Positions 14,301 through 27,200 of a stretch of DNA of 64,000 nucleotides are shown here, one piece after another; the stretch's first letter is position 1; each line of letters opens with the position of its first letter. Source of the stretch: Eledone cirrhosa (lineage: Eukaryota); assembly GCA_964016885.1 (NCBI GenBank), contig OZ024744.1, positions 105,276,001-105,340,000 of the forward strand. Direction: 5' to 3'. Both the position numbers and the translations under genes were made by a program. The notes below the pieces were generated by a model. That model worked only from the letters and a program-made list of their open reading frames with translations. It ran no database searches and was not told where the DNA came from.

Positions 14301-17300
14301 TAGTCTGTGTCTACGGTTGTATGCCGTCTATGACTAGTCTGTGTCTACGGTTGTATGCCGTCTATGACTAGTCTGTGTCTACGGTTGTATGCTGTCTATG
14401 ACTAGTCTGTGTCTACTGCTGTATGCAGTCTATGACTAGTCTGTGTCTACGGTTGTATGCAGGCTATGACTAGTCTGTGTCTACGGTTGTATGCCGTCTA
14501 TGACTAGTCTGTTTGTACGGTTGTATGCCGTCTATGACTAGTCTTTGTGTACGGTTGTATGCCGTCTATGACTAGTCTGTGTGTACGGTTGAATGCCGTC
14601 TATGACTAGTCTGTGTCTACGGTTGTATGCCGTCTATGACTAGTCTGTGTGTACGGTTGTATGCCGTCTATGACTAGTCTGTGTCTACGGTTGTATGCCG
14701 TCTGTGACTAGTCTGATCCACGGTTGTATGCCGTCTATGACTAGTCTGATCCACGGTTGTATGCCGTCTATGACTAGTCTGTGTCTACGGTTGTATGCAG
14801 TCTATGACTAGTCAGTGTCTACGGTTGTATGGCGTCTATGACTAGTCTGTGTCTACGGTTGTATGCCATATATGACTAGTCTGTGTCTACAGTTGTATGC
14901 CATCTATGACTAGTCTGTGTCAACAGTTGTATACTGTCTATGACTAGTCTGTGTCTACGGTTGTATGCCGTCTATGACTAGTCTGTGTGTACGGTTCTAT
15001 GCCGTCTATGACTAGTCTGTGTGTACGGTTGTATGCCGTCTATGACTAGTCTGTGTGTACGGTTGTATGCCGTCTATGACTAGTCTGTGTGTACGGTTGT
15101 ATGCCGTCTATGACTAGTCTGAGTCTACGGTTGTATGCCGTCTATGACTAGTCTGTGTGTACGGTTCTATGCCGGCTATGACTAGTCTGTGTCTAGGGTT
15201 GTATGCAGTCTATGACTAGTCTGTGTGTACGGTTGTATGCCGTCTATGACTAGTCTGTGTATACGGTTGTATGCCGTCTATGACTAGTCTGTGTCTACGG
15301 TTGTATGCCGTCTATGACTAGTCTGTGTCTACAGTTGTATGCCGTCTATGACTAGTCTGTGTCTACGGTTGTATGCTGTCTATGACTAGTCTGTGTCTAC
15401 AGTTGTATGCCGTCACTGACTAGTCTGTGTCTACGGTTGTATGCCGTCTATGACTAGTCTGTGTCTACGCTTGTATGCCGTCTATGACTAGCCTGTGTCT
15501 ACGGTTGTATGCCGTCTATGACTAGTCTGTGTCTACAGTTGTATGCCGTCTATGACTAGTCTGTGTCTACGGTTGTATGCCGTCTATGACTAGTCTGTGT
15601 CTACAGATTTATGCCGTCTCTGACTAGTCTGTGTCTACGGTTGTATGCCGTCTATGCCTGGTGTGTGTCTACGGTTGTATGCCGTCTATGACTAGTCTGT
15701 GTCTACAGTTGTATGCCGTCTATGACTAGTCTGTGTCTACGGTTGTATGCTGTCTATGACTAGTCTGTGTCTACTGCTGTATGCAGTCTATGACTAGTCA
15801 GTGTCTACGGTTGTATGCAGGCTATGACTAGTCTGTGTCTACGGTTGTATGCCGTCTATGACTAGTCTGTGTGTACGGTTGTATGCCGTCTATGACTAGT
15901 CTTTGTGTACGGTTGTATGCCGTCTATGACTAGTCTGTGTGTACGGTTGAATGCCGTCTATGACTAGTCTGTGTCTACGGTTGTATGCCGTCTATGACTA
16001 GTCTGTGTGTACGGTTGTATGCCGTCTATGACTAGTCTGTGTCTACGGTTGTATGCCGTCTATGACTAGTCTGTGTGTACGGTTGTATGCCGTCTTTGAC
16101 TAGTCTGTGTGTAAGGTTGTATGCCGTCTATGACTAGTCTGAGTCTACGGTTGTATGCCGTCTATGACTAGTCTGTGTGTACGGTTCTATGCCGTCTATG
16201 ACTAGTCTGTGTCTAGGGTTGTATGCCGTCTATGACTAGTCTGTGTGTACGGTTGTATGCCGTCTATGACTAGTCTGTGTATACGGTTGTATGCCGTCTA
16301 TGACTAGTCTGTGTCTACGGTTGTATGCCGTCTGTGACTAGTCTGTGTCTACGGTTGTATGCCGTCTATGACTAGTCTGTGTCTACGGTTGTATGCCGTC
16401 TATGACTAGTCTGTGTCTACAGTTGTATGCCGTCTATGACTAGTCTGTGTCTACGGTTGTATGCCGTCTATGACTAGTCTGTGTCTACAGATTTATGCCG
16501 TCTCTGACTAGTCTGTGTCTACGGTTGTATGCCGTCTATGCCTGGTATGTGTCTACGGTTGTATGCCGTCTATGACTAGTCTGTGTCTACAGTTGTATGC
16601 CGTCTATGACTAGTCTGTGTCTACGGTTGTATCCTGTCTATGACTAGTCTGTGTCTACTGTTGTATGCAGGCTAAGACTAGTCTGTGTCTACGGTTGTAT
16701 GCCGTCTATGACTAGTCTGTGTGTACGGTTGTATGCCGTCTATGACTAGTCTTTGTGTACGGTTGTATGCCGTCTATGACTAGTCTGTGTGTACGGTTGA
16801 ATGCCGTCTATGACTAGTCTGTGTCTACGGTTGTATGCCGTCTATGACTAGTCTGTGTGTACGGTTGTATGCCGTCTATGACTAGTCTGTGTCTACGGTT
16901 GTATGCCGTCTATGACTAGTCTGTGTGTACGGTTGTATGCCGTCTATGACTAGTCTGTGTGTACGGTTGTATGCCGTCTATGACTAGTCTGAGTCTACGG
17001 TTGTATGCCGTCTATGACTAGTCTGTGTATACGATTGTATGCCGTCTATGACTAGTCTGTGTCTACGGTTGTATGCCGTCTATGACTAGTCTGTGTCTAC
17101 AGTTGTATGCCGTCTATGACTAGTCTGTGTCTACGGTTTTATGCCGTCTATGACTAGTCTGTGTCTACAGTTGTATGCCTTCTCTGACTAGTCTGTGTCT
17201 ACGGTTGTATGCCGTCTATGACTAGTCTGTGTCTACGGTTGTATGCTGTCTATGACTAGTCTGTGTCTACGGTTGTATGCCGTCTATGACTAGTCTGTGT

Positions 17301-20300
17301 CTACAGTTGTATGCCGTCTATGGCTAGTCTGTGTCTACGGTTGTATGCCGTCTATGACTAGTCTGTGTCTACAGATTTATGCCGTCTCTGACTAGTCTGT
17401 GTCTACGGTTGTATGCCGTCTATGACTGGTCTGTGTCTACGGTTGTATGCCGTCTATGACTAGTCTGTGTCTACAGTTGTATGCCGTCTATGACTAGTCT
17501 GTGTCTACGGTTGTATGCCGTCTATGACTAGTCTGTGTCTACAGTTGTATGCCGTCTCTAACTAGTCTGTGTCTACGGTTGTATGCCATCTATGACTAGT
17601 CTGTGTCTACGGTTGTATGCCGTCTATGACTAGTCTGAGTCTACGGTTGTATGCAGTCTATGACTAGTCTGTGTCTACAGTTGTATGCCGTTTATGACTA
17701 GTCTGTGTGTACGGTTGTATGCCGTCTATGACTAGTCTGTGTCTACAGTTGTATGCCGTCTATGACTAGTCTGTGTCTACAGTTGTATACCGTCTATGAC
17801 TTGTCTATGTCTACAGTTGTATGCCGTCTATGACTAGTCTGTGTCTACGGTTGTATGCCGTCTATGACTAGTCTGTGTCTACGGTTGTATGCCGTCTATG
17901 ACTAGTCTGTGTCTACGGTTGTATGCTGTCTATGACTAGTCTGTGTCTACTGCTGTATGCAGTCTATGACTAGTCTGTGTCTACGGTTGTATGCAGGCTA
18001 TGACTAGTCTGTGTCTACTGTTGTATGCCGTCTATGACTAGTCTGTGTGTACGGTTGTATGCCGTCTATGACTAGTCCTTGTGTACGGTTGTATGCCGTC
18101 TATGACTAGTCTCTGTGTACGGTTGAATGCCGTCTATGACTAGTCTGTGTCTACGGTTGTATGCCGTCTATGACTAGTCTGTGTGTACGGTTGTATGCCG
18201 TCTATGACTAGTCTGTGTCTACGGTTGTATGCCGTCTATGACTAGTCTGATCCACGGTTGTATGCCGTCTATGACTAGTCTGATCCACTGTTGTATGCCG
18301 TCTATGACTAGTCTGTGTCTACGGTTGTATGCAGTCTATGACTAGTCAGTGTCTACGATTGTATGGCGTCTATGACTAGTCTGTGTCTACCGTTGTATGC
18401 CATCTATGACTAGTCTGTGTCTACAGTTGTATGCCATCTATGACTAGTCTGTGTCAACAGTTGTATACCGTCTATGACTAGTCTGTGTCTACGGTTGTAT
18501 GCCGTCTATGACTAGTCTGTGTGTACGGTTGTATGCCGTCTATGACTAGTCTGTGTGTACGGTTGTATGCCGTCTATGACTAGTCTGTGTGTACGGTTGT
18601 ATGCCGTCTATGAGTAGTCTGTGTGTACGGTTGTATGCCGTCTATGACTAGTCTGAGTCTACGGTTGTATGCCGTCTATGACTAGTCGGTGTGTACGGTT
18701 CTATGCCGTCTATGACTAGTATGTGTCTAGGGTTGTATGCCGTCTATGACTAGTCTGTGTGTACGGTTGTATTCCGTCTATGACTAGTCTGTGTGTATGG
18801 TTCTATGCCGTCTATGACTAGTCTGTGTCTAGGGTTGTATGCCGTCTATGACTAGTCTGTGTGTACGGTTGTATGCCGTCTATGACTAGTCTGTGTATAC
18901 GGTTGTATGCCGTCTATGACTAGTCTGTGTCTACGGTTGTATGCCGTCTATGACTAGTCTGTGTCTACAGTTGTATGCCGTCTATGACTAGTCTGTGTCT
19001 ACGGTTGTATGCCGTCTATGACTAGTCTGTGTCTACAGTTGTATGCCGTCTCTGACTAGTCTGTGTCTACGGTTGTATGCCGTCTATGACTAGTCTGTGT
19101 CTACGGTTGTATTCCGTCTATGACTAGTCTGTGTCTACGGTTTATGCCGTCTATGACTAGTCTGTGTCTACGGTTGTATGCCATCTATGACTAGTCTGTG
19201 TGTACGGTTGTATGCCGTCTATGACTAGTCTGTGTCTACGGTTGTATGCCGTCTATGACTAGTCTGTGTGTAATGTTGTATGCCGTCTATGACTAGTCTG
19301 TGTCTACGGTTGTATGCCGTCTATGACTAGTCTGTATCTACGCTTGTATGCCGTCTATGACTAGAATGTGTCTACGGCTGTATGCCATCTATGACTAGTC
19401 TGTGTGTAATGTTGTATGCCGTCTATGACTAGTCTGTGTCTACGCTTGTATGCCGTCTATGACTAGTCTGTGTGTACGGTTGTATGCCGTCTATGACTAG
19501 TCTGTGTCTACGGTTGTATGCCGTCTATGACTAGTCTGTGTCTACGGTTGTATGCCCTCTTTGACTAGTCTGTGTCTACGGTTGTATGCCGTCTATGACT
19601 AGTCTGTGTCTACGGTTGTATGCAGTCTATGACTAGTCTGTGTCTACGGTTGTATGCCGTCTATGACTAGTCTGTGTCTACGGTTGTATGCTGTCTATGA
19701 CTAGTCTGTGTCTACGGTTGTATGCCGTCTATGACTAGTCTGTGTCTACGGTTGTATGCCGTCTATGACTAGTCTGTGTCTACGGTTGTATGCCGTCTAT
19801 GTCTAGTCTGAGTCTACGGTTGTAGGCAGTCTATGACTAGTCTGTGTCTACGGTTGTATGCCGTCTATGACTAGTCTGTGTCTACGGTTGTATGCCGTCT
19901 ATGACTAGTGTGTGTCTACAGTTGTATGCCGTCTATGACTAGTCTGTGTCTACAGTTGTATGCCGTCTATGACTAGTCTGTGTCTACGGTTGTATGCCGT
20001 CTATGACTAGTCTGTGTCTATGGTTGTATGCCGTCTATGACTATTCTGTGTCAACGGTTGTATGCTGTCTATGACTAGTCTGTGTGTACGGTTGTATGCA
20101 GTCTATGACTAGTCTGTGTCTAACGTTGTATGCCGTCTGTGACTAGTCTGTGTGTACGGTTGTATGCAGTCTATGACTAGTCTGTGTCTACGGTTGTATG
20201 CCGTCTATGGCTAGTCTGTGTGTACGGTTGTATGCCGTCTATGACTAGTCTGTGTCTACAGTTGTATGCCGTCTATGACTAGTCTGTGTCTACAGTTGTA

Positions 20301-23120
20301 TGCCGTCTGTGACTAGTCTGTGTCTACGGTTGTATGCCGTCTATGACTAGACTGTGTCTACAGTTGTATGCCGTCTATGACTAGTTTGTGTCTACTGTTG
20401 TATACCGTCTATGACTAGTCTGTGTCTACGGTTGTATGCAGTCTATGACTAGTCTGTGTCTGCGGTTGTATGCCGTCTATGATTAGTCTGTGTCTACGGT
20501 TGTATGCCGTCTATGACTAGTCAGTGTCTGCAGTTGTATGCCGTCTATGACTAGTCTGTGTCTTCGGTTGTATGCCGTCTATGACTAGTCTGTCTACGGT
20601 TGTATGCCGTCTATGACTAGTCTGTGTCTACAGTTGTATGCCGTCTATGACTAGTCTGTGTCTAAGGTTGTATGCCGTCTATGACTATTCTGTGTCTATG
20701 GTTGAATGCCGTCTATGACTAGTCTGTGTCTACGGTTGTATGCCGTTATGACTAGTCTGATCCACGGTTGTATGCCGTCTATGACTAGTCTGATCCACTG
20801 TTGTATGCCGTCTATGACTAGTCTGTGTCTTCAGTTGTATGCCGTTTATGAGTAGTCTGTGTGTACGGTTGTATGCCGTCTATGACTAGTCTGTGTCTAC
20901 GGTTGTATGCCGTCTATGACTAGTCTGTGTCTACGGTTGTATGCCGTCTATGACTAGTCTGTGTCTACGGTTGTATGCAGTCTATGACTAGTCTGTGTGT
21001 TCGGTTGTATGCCGTCTATGACTAGTCTGAATCTACGGTTGTATGCAGTCTATGACTAGTCTGTGTCTACAGTTGTATGCCGTTTATGACTAGTCTGTGT
21101 GTACGGTTGTATGCCGTCTATGACTAGTTTGTGTCTACAGTTGTATGCCGTCTATGACTAGTCTGTGTCTACAGTTGTATACCGTCTATGACTTGTCTAT
21201 GTCTACAGTTGTATGCCGTCTATCACTAGTCTGTGTCTACGGTTGTATGCCGTCTATGACTAGTCTGTGTCTACGGTTGTATGCCGTCTATGACTAGTCT
21301 GTGTCTACGGTTGTATGCTGTCTATGACTAGTCTGTGTCTACTGCTGTATGCAGTCTATGACTAGTCTGTGTCTACGGTTGTATGCAGGCTATGACTAGT
21401 CTGTGTCTACGGTTGTATGCCGTCTATGACTAGTCTGTTTGTACGGTTGTATGCCGTCTATGACTAGTCTTTGTGTACGGTTGTATGCCGTCTATGACTA
21501 GTCTGTGTGTACGGTTGAATGCCGTCTATGACTAGTCTGTGTCTACGGTTGTATGCCGTCTATGACTAGTCTGTGTGTACGGTTGTATGCCGTCTATGAC
21601 TAGTCTGTGTCTACGGTTGTATGCCGTCTGTGACTAGTCTGATCCACGGTTGTATGCCGTCTATGACTAGTCTGATCCACGGTTGTATGCCGTCTATGAC
21701 TAGTCTGTGTCTACGGTTGTATGCAGTCTATGACTAGTCAGTGTCTACGGTTGTATGGCGTCTATGACTAGTCTGTGTCTACGGTTGTATGCCATATATG
21801 ACTAGTCTGTGTCTACAGTTGTATGCCATCTATGACTAGTCTGTGTCAACAGTTGTATACTGTCTATGACTAGTCTGTGTCTACGGTTGTATGCCGTCTA
21901 TGACTAGTCTGTGTGTACGGTTCTATGCCGTCTATGACTAGTCTGTGTGTACGGTTGTATGCAGTCTATGACTAGTCTGTGTGTACGGTTGTATGCCGTC
22001 TATGACTAGTCTGTGTGTACGGTTTTATGCCGTCTATGACTAGTCTGAGTCTACGGTTGTATGCCGTCTATGACTAGTCTGTGTGTACGGTTCTATGCCG
22101 GCTATGACTAGTCTGTGTCTAGGGTTGTATGCAGTCTATGACTAGTCTGTGTGTACGGTTGTATGCCGTCTATGACTAGTCTGTGTATACGGTTGTATGC
22201 CGTCTATGACTAGTCTGTGTCTACGGTTGTATGCCGTCTATGACTAGTCTGTGTCTACAGTTGTATGCCGTCTATGACTAGTCTGTGTCTACGGTTGTAT
22301 GCTGTCTATGACTAGTCTGTGTCTACAGTTGTATGCCGTCACTGACTAGTCTGTGTCTACGGTTGTATGCCGTCTATGACTAGTCTGTGTCTACGGTTGT
22401 ATGCCGTCTATGACTAGTCTGTGTCTACGGTTGTATGCCGTCTATGACTAGTCTGTGTCTACAGTTGTATGCCGTCTATGACTAGTCTGTGTCTACGGTT
22501 GTATGCCGTCTATGACTAGTCTGTGTCTACAGATTTATGCCGTCTCTGACTGTCTGTGTCTACGGTTGTATGCCGTCTATGCCTGGTCTGTGTCTACGGT
22601 TGTATGCCGTCTATGACTAGTCTGTGTCTACAGTTGTATGCCGTCTATGACTAGTCTGTGTCTACGGTTGTATGCTGTCTATGACTAGTCTGTGTCTACT
22701 GCTGTATGCAGTCTATGACTAGTCAGTGTCTACGGTTGTATGCAGGCTATGACTAGTCTGTGTCTACGGTTGTATGCCGTCTATGACTAGTCTGTGTGTA
22801 CGGTTGTATGCCGTCTATGACTAGTCTTTGTGTACGGTTGTATGCCGTCTATGACTAGTCTGTGTGTACGGTTGAATGCCGTCTATGACTAGTCTGTGTC
22901 TACGGTTGTATGCCGTCTATGACTAGTCTGTGTGTACGGTTGTATGCCGTCTATGACTAGTCTGTGTCTACGGTTGTATGCCGTCTATGACTAGTCTGTG
23001 TGTACGGTTGTATGCCGTCTTTGACTAGTCTGTGTGTAAGGTTGTATGCCGTCTATGACTAGTCTGAATCTACGGTTGTATGCCGTCTATGACTAGTCTG
23101 TGTGTACGGTTCTATGCCGT
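11150..23120. repeat. Inner duplication: about 5 kb blocks at ~11150-16200 and ~18010-23120, offset about 6.9 kb (repeated again inside copy 2)
   Basis: CTAGAATG 12438/19364, TGTAGG 12898/19824 and TGAATC 14103/21029 are all at offset 6,926. GTAAGG 16111/23036 is at 6,925, after a 1-bp deletion near 22550. Confidence 0.88.
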
Positions 23121-24217
23121 CTATGACTAGTCTGTGTCTACGGTTGTATGCCGTCTATGACTAGTCTGTGTCTACGGTTGTATGCCGTCTATGACTAGTC
23201 TGTGTCTACAGTTGTATGCCGTCTATGACTAGTCTGTGTCTACGGTTGTATGCCGTCTATGACTAGTCTTTGTCTACGGTTGTATGCCGTCTATGACTAG
23301 TCTGTGTCTACAGTTTTATGCCGTCTCTGACTAGTCTGTGTCTACGGTTGTATGCCGTCTATGACTGGTCTGTGTCTACGGTTGTATGCCGTCTATGACT
23401 AGTCTGTGTCTACGGTTGTATGCCGTCTATGACTAGTCTGTGTCTACAGTTGTAGGCCGTCTTTGACTAGTCTGTGTCTACGGTTGTATGCCGTCTATGA
23501 CTAGTCTGTGTCTACGGTTGTATGCAGTCTATGACTAGTCTGAGTCTACGGTTGTATGCAGTCTAAGACTAGTCTGTGTCTACAGTTGTATGCCGTTTAT
23601 GACTAGTCTATGTGTACGGTTGTATGCCGTCTATGACTAGTCTGTGTCTACAGTTGTATGCCGTCTATGACTAGTCTGTGTCTACAGTTGTATACCGTCT
23701 ATGACTAGTCTGTGTCTACGGTTGTATGCCGTCTATGACTAGTCTGTGTCTACAGTTGTATGCCGTCTATGACTAGTCTGTGTCTACAGTTGTATGCCGT
23801 CTATGACTAGTCTGTGTCTACGGTTGTATGCCGTCTATGACTAGTCTGTGTCTACGGTTGTATGCCGTCTATGACTAGTCTGTGTCTACAGTTGTGTGCC
23901 GTCTATGACTAGTTTGTGTCTACTGTTGTATACCGTCTATGACTAGTCTGTGTCTACGGTTGTATGCAATCTATGACTAGTCTGTGTCTACGGTTGTATG
24001 CCGTCTATGACTAGTCTGTCTACGGTTGTATGCCGTCTATGACTAGTCTGTGTCTACAGTTGTATGCCGTCTATGACTAGTCTGTGTCTACGGTTGTATG
24101 CCGTCTATGACTATTCTGTGTCTATGGTTGAATGCCGTCTATGACTAGTCTGTGTCTACGGTTGTATGCCGTTATGACTAGTCTGATCCGCGGTTGTATG
24201 CCGTCTATGACTAGTCT

Positions 24218-27200
24218 GATCCACGGTTGTATGCCGTCTATGACTAGTCTGTGTCTCCGGTTGTATGCAGTCTATGACTAGTCAGTGTCTACGGTTGTAT
24301 GGCGTCTATGACTAGTCTGTGTCTACGGTTGTATGCCATCTATGACTAGTCTGTGTCTACAGTTGTATGCCATCTATGACTAGTCTGTGTCAACAGTTGT
24401 ATACTGTCTATGACTAGTCTGTGTCTACGGTTGTATGCCGTCTATGACTAGTCTGTGTGTACGGTTGTATGCCGTCTATGACTAGTCTGTGTGTACGGTT
24501 GTATGCCGTCTATGACTAGTCTGTGTGTACGGTTGTATGCCGTCTATGACTAGTCTGTGTGTACGGTTGTATGCCGTCTATGACTAGTCTGAGTCTATGG
24601 TTGTATGCCGTCTATGACTAGTCTGTGTGTACGGTTCTATGCCGTCTATGACTAGTCTGTGTCTAGGCTTGTATGCAGTCTATGACTAGTCTGTGTGTAC
24701 GGTTGTATGCCGTCTATGACTAGTCTGTGTATACGGTTGTATGCCGTCTATGACTAGTCTGTGTCTACGGTTGTATGCCGTCTATGACTAGTCTGTGTCT
24801 ACAGTTGTATGCCGTCTATGACTAGTCTGTGTCTACGGTTGTATGCCGTCTATGACTAGTCTGTGTCTACAGTTGTATGCGGTCTCTGACTAGTCTGTGT
24901 CTACGGTTGTATGCCGTCTATGACTAGTCTGTGTCTACGGTTGTATGCCGTCTATGACTAGTCTGTGTCTACGGTTGTATGCCGTCTATGACTAGTCTGT
25001 GTCTACAGTTGTATGCCGTCTATGACTAGTCTGTGTCTACGGTTGTATGCCGTCTATGACTAGTCTGTGTCTACAGATTTATGCCGTCTCTGACTAGTCT
25101 GTGTCTACGGTTGTATGCCGTCTATGCCTGGTATGTGTCTACGGTTGTATGCCGTCTATGACTAGTCTGTGTCTACAGGTGTATGCCGTCTATGACTAGT
25201 CTGTGTCTACGGTTGTATCCTGTCTATGACTAGTCTGTGTCTACTGCTGTATGCAGGCTATGACTAGTCTGTGTCTACGGTTGTATGCCGTCTATGACTA
25301 GTCTGTGTGTACGGTTGTATGCCGTCTCTGACTAATCTTTGTGTACGGTTGTATGCCGTCTATGACTAGTCTGTGTGTACGGTTGAATGCCGTCTATGAC
25401 TAGTCTGTGTCTACGGTTGTATGCCGTCTATGACTAGTCTGTGTGTACGGTTGTATGCCGTCTATGACTAGTCTGTGTCTACGGTTGTATGCCGTCTATG
25501 ACTAGTCTGTGTGTACGGTTGTATGCCGTCTATGACTAGTCTGTGTGTACGGTTGTATGCCGTCTACGACTAGTCTGAGTCTACGGTTGTATGCCGTCTA
25601 TGACTAGTCTGTGTGTACGGTTCTATGCCGTCTATGACTAGTCTGTGTGTACGGTTGTATGCCGTCTACGACTAGTCTGTGTGTGCGGTTGTATGCCGTC
25701 TACGACTAGTCTGAGTCTACGGTTGTATGCCGTCTATGACTAGTCTGTGTGTACGGTTGTATGCCGTCTATGACTAGTCTGTGTGTACGGTTGTATGCCG
25801 TCTACGACTAGTCTGAGTCTACGGTTGTATGCCGTCTATGACTAGTCTGAGTCTACGGTTGTATGCCGTCTATGACTAGTCTGTGTGTACGGTTGTATGC
25901 CGTCTATGACTAGTCTGTGTGTACGGTTGTATGCCGTCTACGACTAGTCTGAGTCTACGGTTGTATGCCGTCTATGACTAGTCTGTGTGTACGGTTCTAT
26001 GCCGTCTATGACTAGTCTGTGTCTAGTGGTTGTATGCCGTCTATGACTAGTCTGTGTGTACGGTTGTATGCCGTCTATGACTAGTCTGTGTATACGATTG
26101 TATGCCGTCTATGACTAGTCTGTGTCTACGGTTGTATGCCGTCTATGACTAGTCTGTGTCTACAGTTGTATGCCGTCTATGACTAGTCTGTGTCTACGGT
26201 TTTATGCCGTCTATGACTAGTCTGTGTCTACAGTTGTATGCCTTCTCTGACTAGTCTGTGTCTACGGTTGTATGCCGTCTATGACTAGTCTGTGTCTACG
26301 GTTGTATGCCGTCTATGACTAGTCTGTGTCTACGGTTGTATGCCGTCTATGACTAGTCTGTGTCTACAGTTGTATGCCGTCTATGGCTAGTCTGTGTCTA
26401 CGGTTGTATGCCGTCTATGACTAGTCTGTGTCTACAGTTTTATGCCGTCTCTGACTAGTCTGTGTCTACGGTTGTATGCCGTCTATGACTGGTCTGTGTC
26501 TACGGTTGTATGCCGTCTATGACTAGTCTGTGTCTACAGTTGTATGCCGTCTATGACTAGTCTGTGTCTACTGTTGTATGCCGTCTATGACTAGTCTGTG
26601 TGTACGGTTGTATGCCGTCTATGACTAGTCCTTTTGTACGGTTGTATGCCGTCTATGACTAGTCTCTGTGTACGGTTGAATGCCGTCTATGACTAGTCTG
26701 TGTCTACGATTGTATGCCGTCTATGACTAGTCTGTGTGTACGGTTGTATGCCGTCTATGACTAGTCTGTGTCTACGGTTGTATGCCGTCTATGACTAGTC
26801 TGTGTGTACGGTTGTATGCCGTCTATGACTAGTCTGTGTCTACGGTTGTATGCCGTCTATGACTAGTCTGTGTGTACGGTTGTATGCCGTCTATGACTAG
26901 TCTGTGTGTACGGTTGTATGCCGTCTACGACTAGTCTGAGTCTACGGTTGTATGCCGTCTATGACTAGTCTGTGTGTACGGTTCTATGCCGTCTATGACT
27001 AGTCTGTGTCTAGTGTTGTATGCCGTCTATGACTAGTCTGTGTGTACGGTTGTATGCCGTCTATGACTAGTCTGTGTATACGATTGTATGCCGTCTATGA
27101 CTAGTCTGTGTCTACGGTTGTATGCCGTCTATGACTAGTCTGTGTCTACAGTTGTATGCCGTCTATGACTAGTCTGTGTCTACGGTTTTATGCCGTCTAT

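Larger units (their letters stand above)
7821..24217. repeat. 16.4 kb higher-order unit, copy 1 (16,397 bp)
   Basis: Rare markers recur at +16,397: GATCCAC 7821/24218, CTAGG-CTTG 8271/24668, 1-bp-insertion monomer CTAGT-GGTT 9631/26028. Confidence 0.92.
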
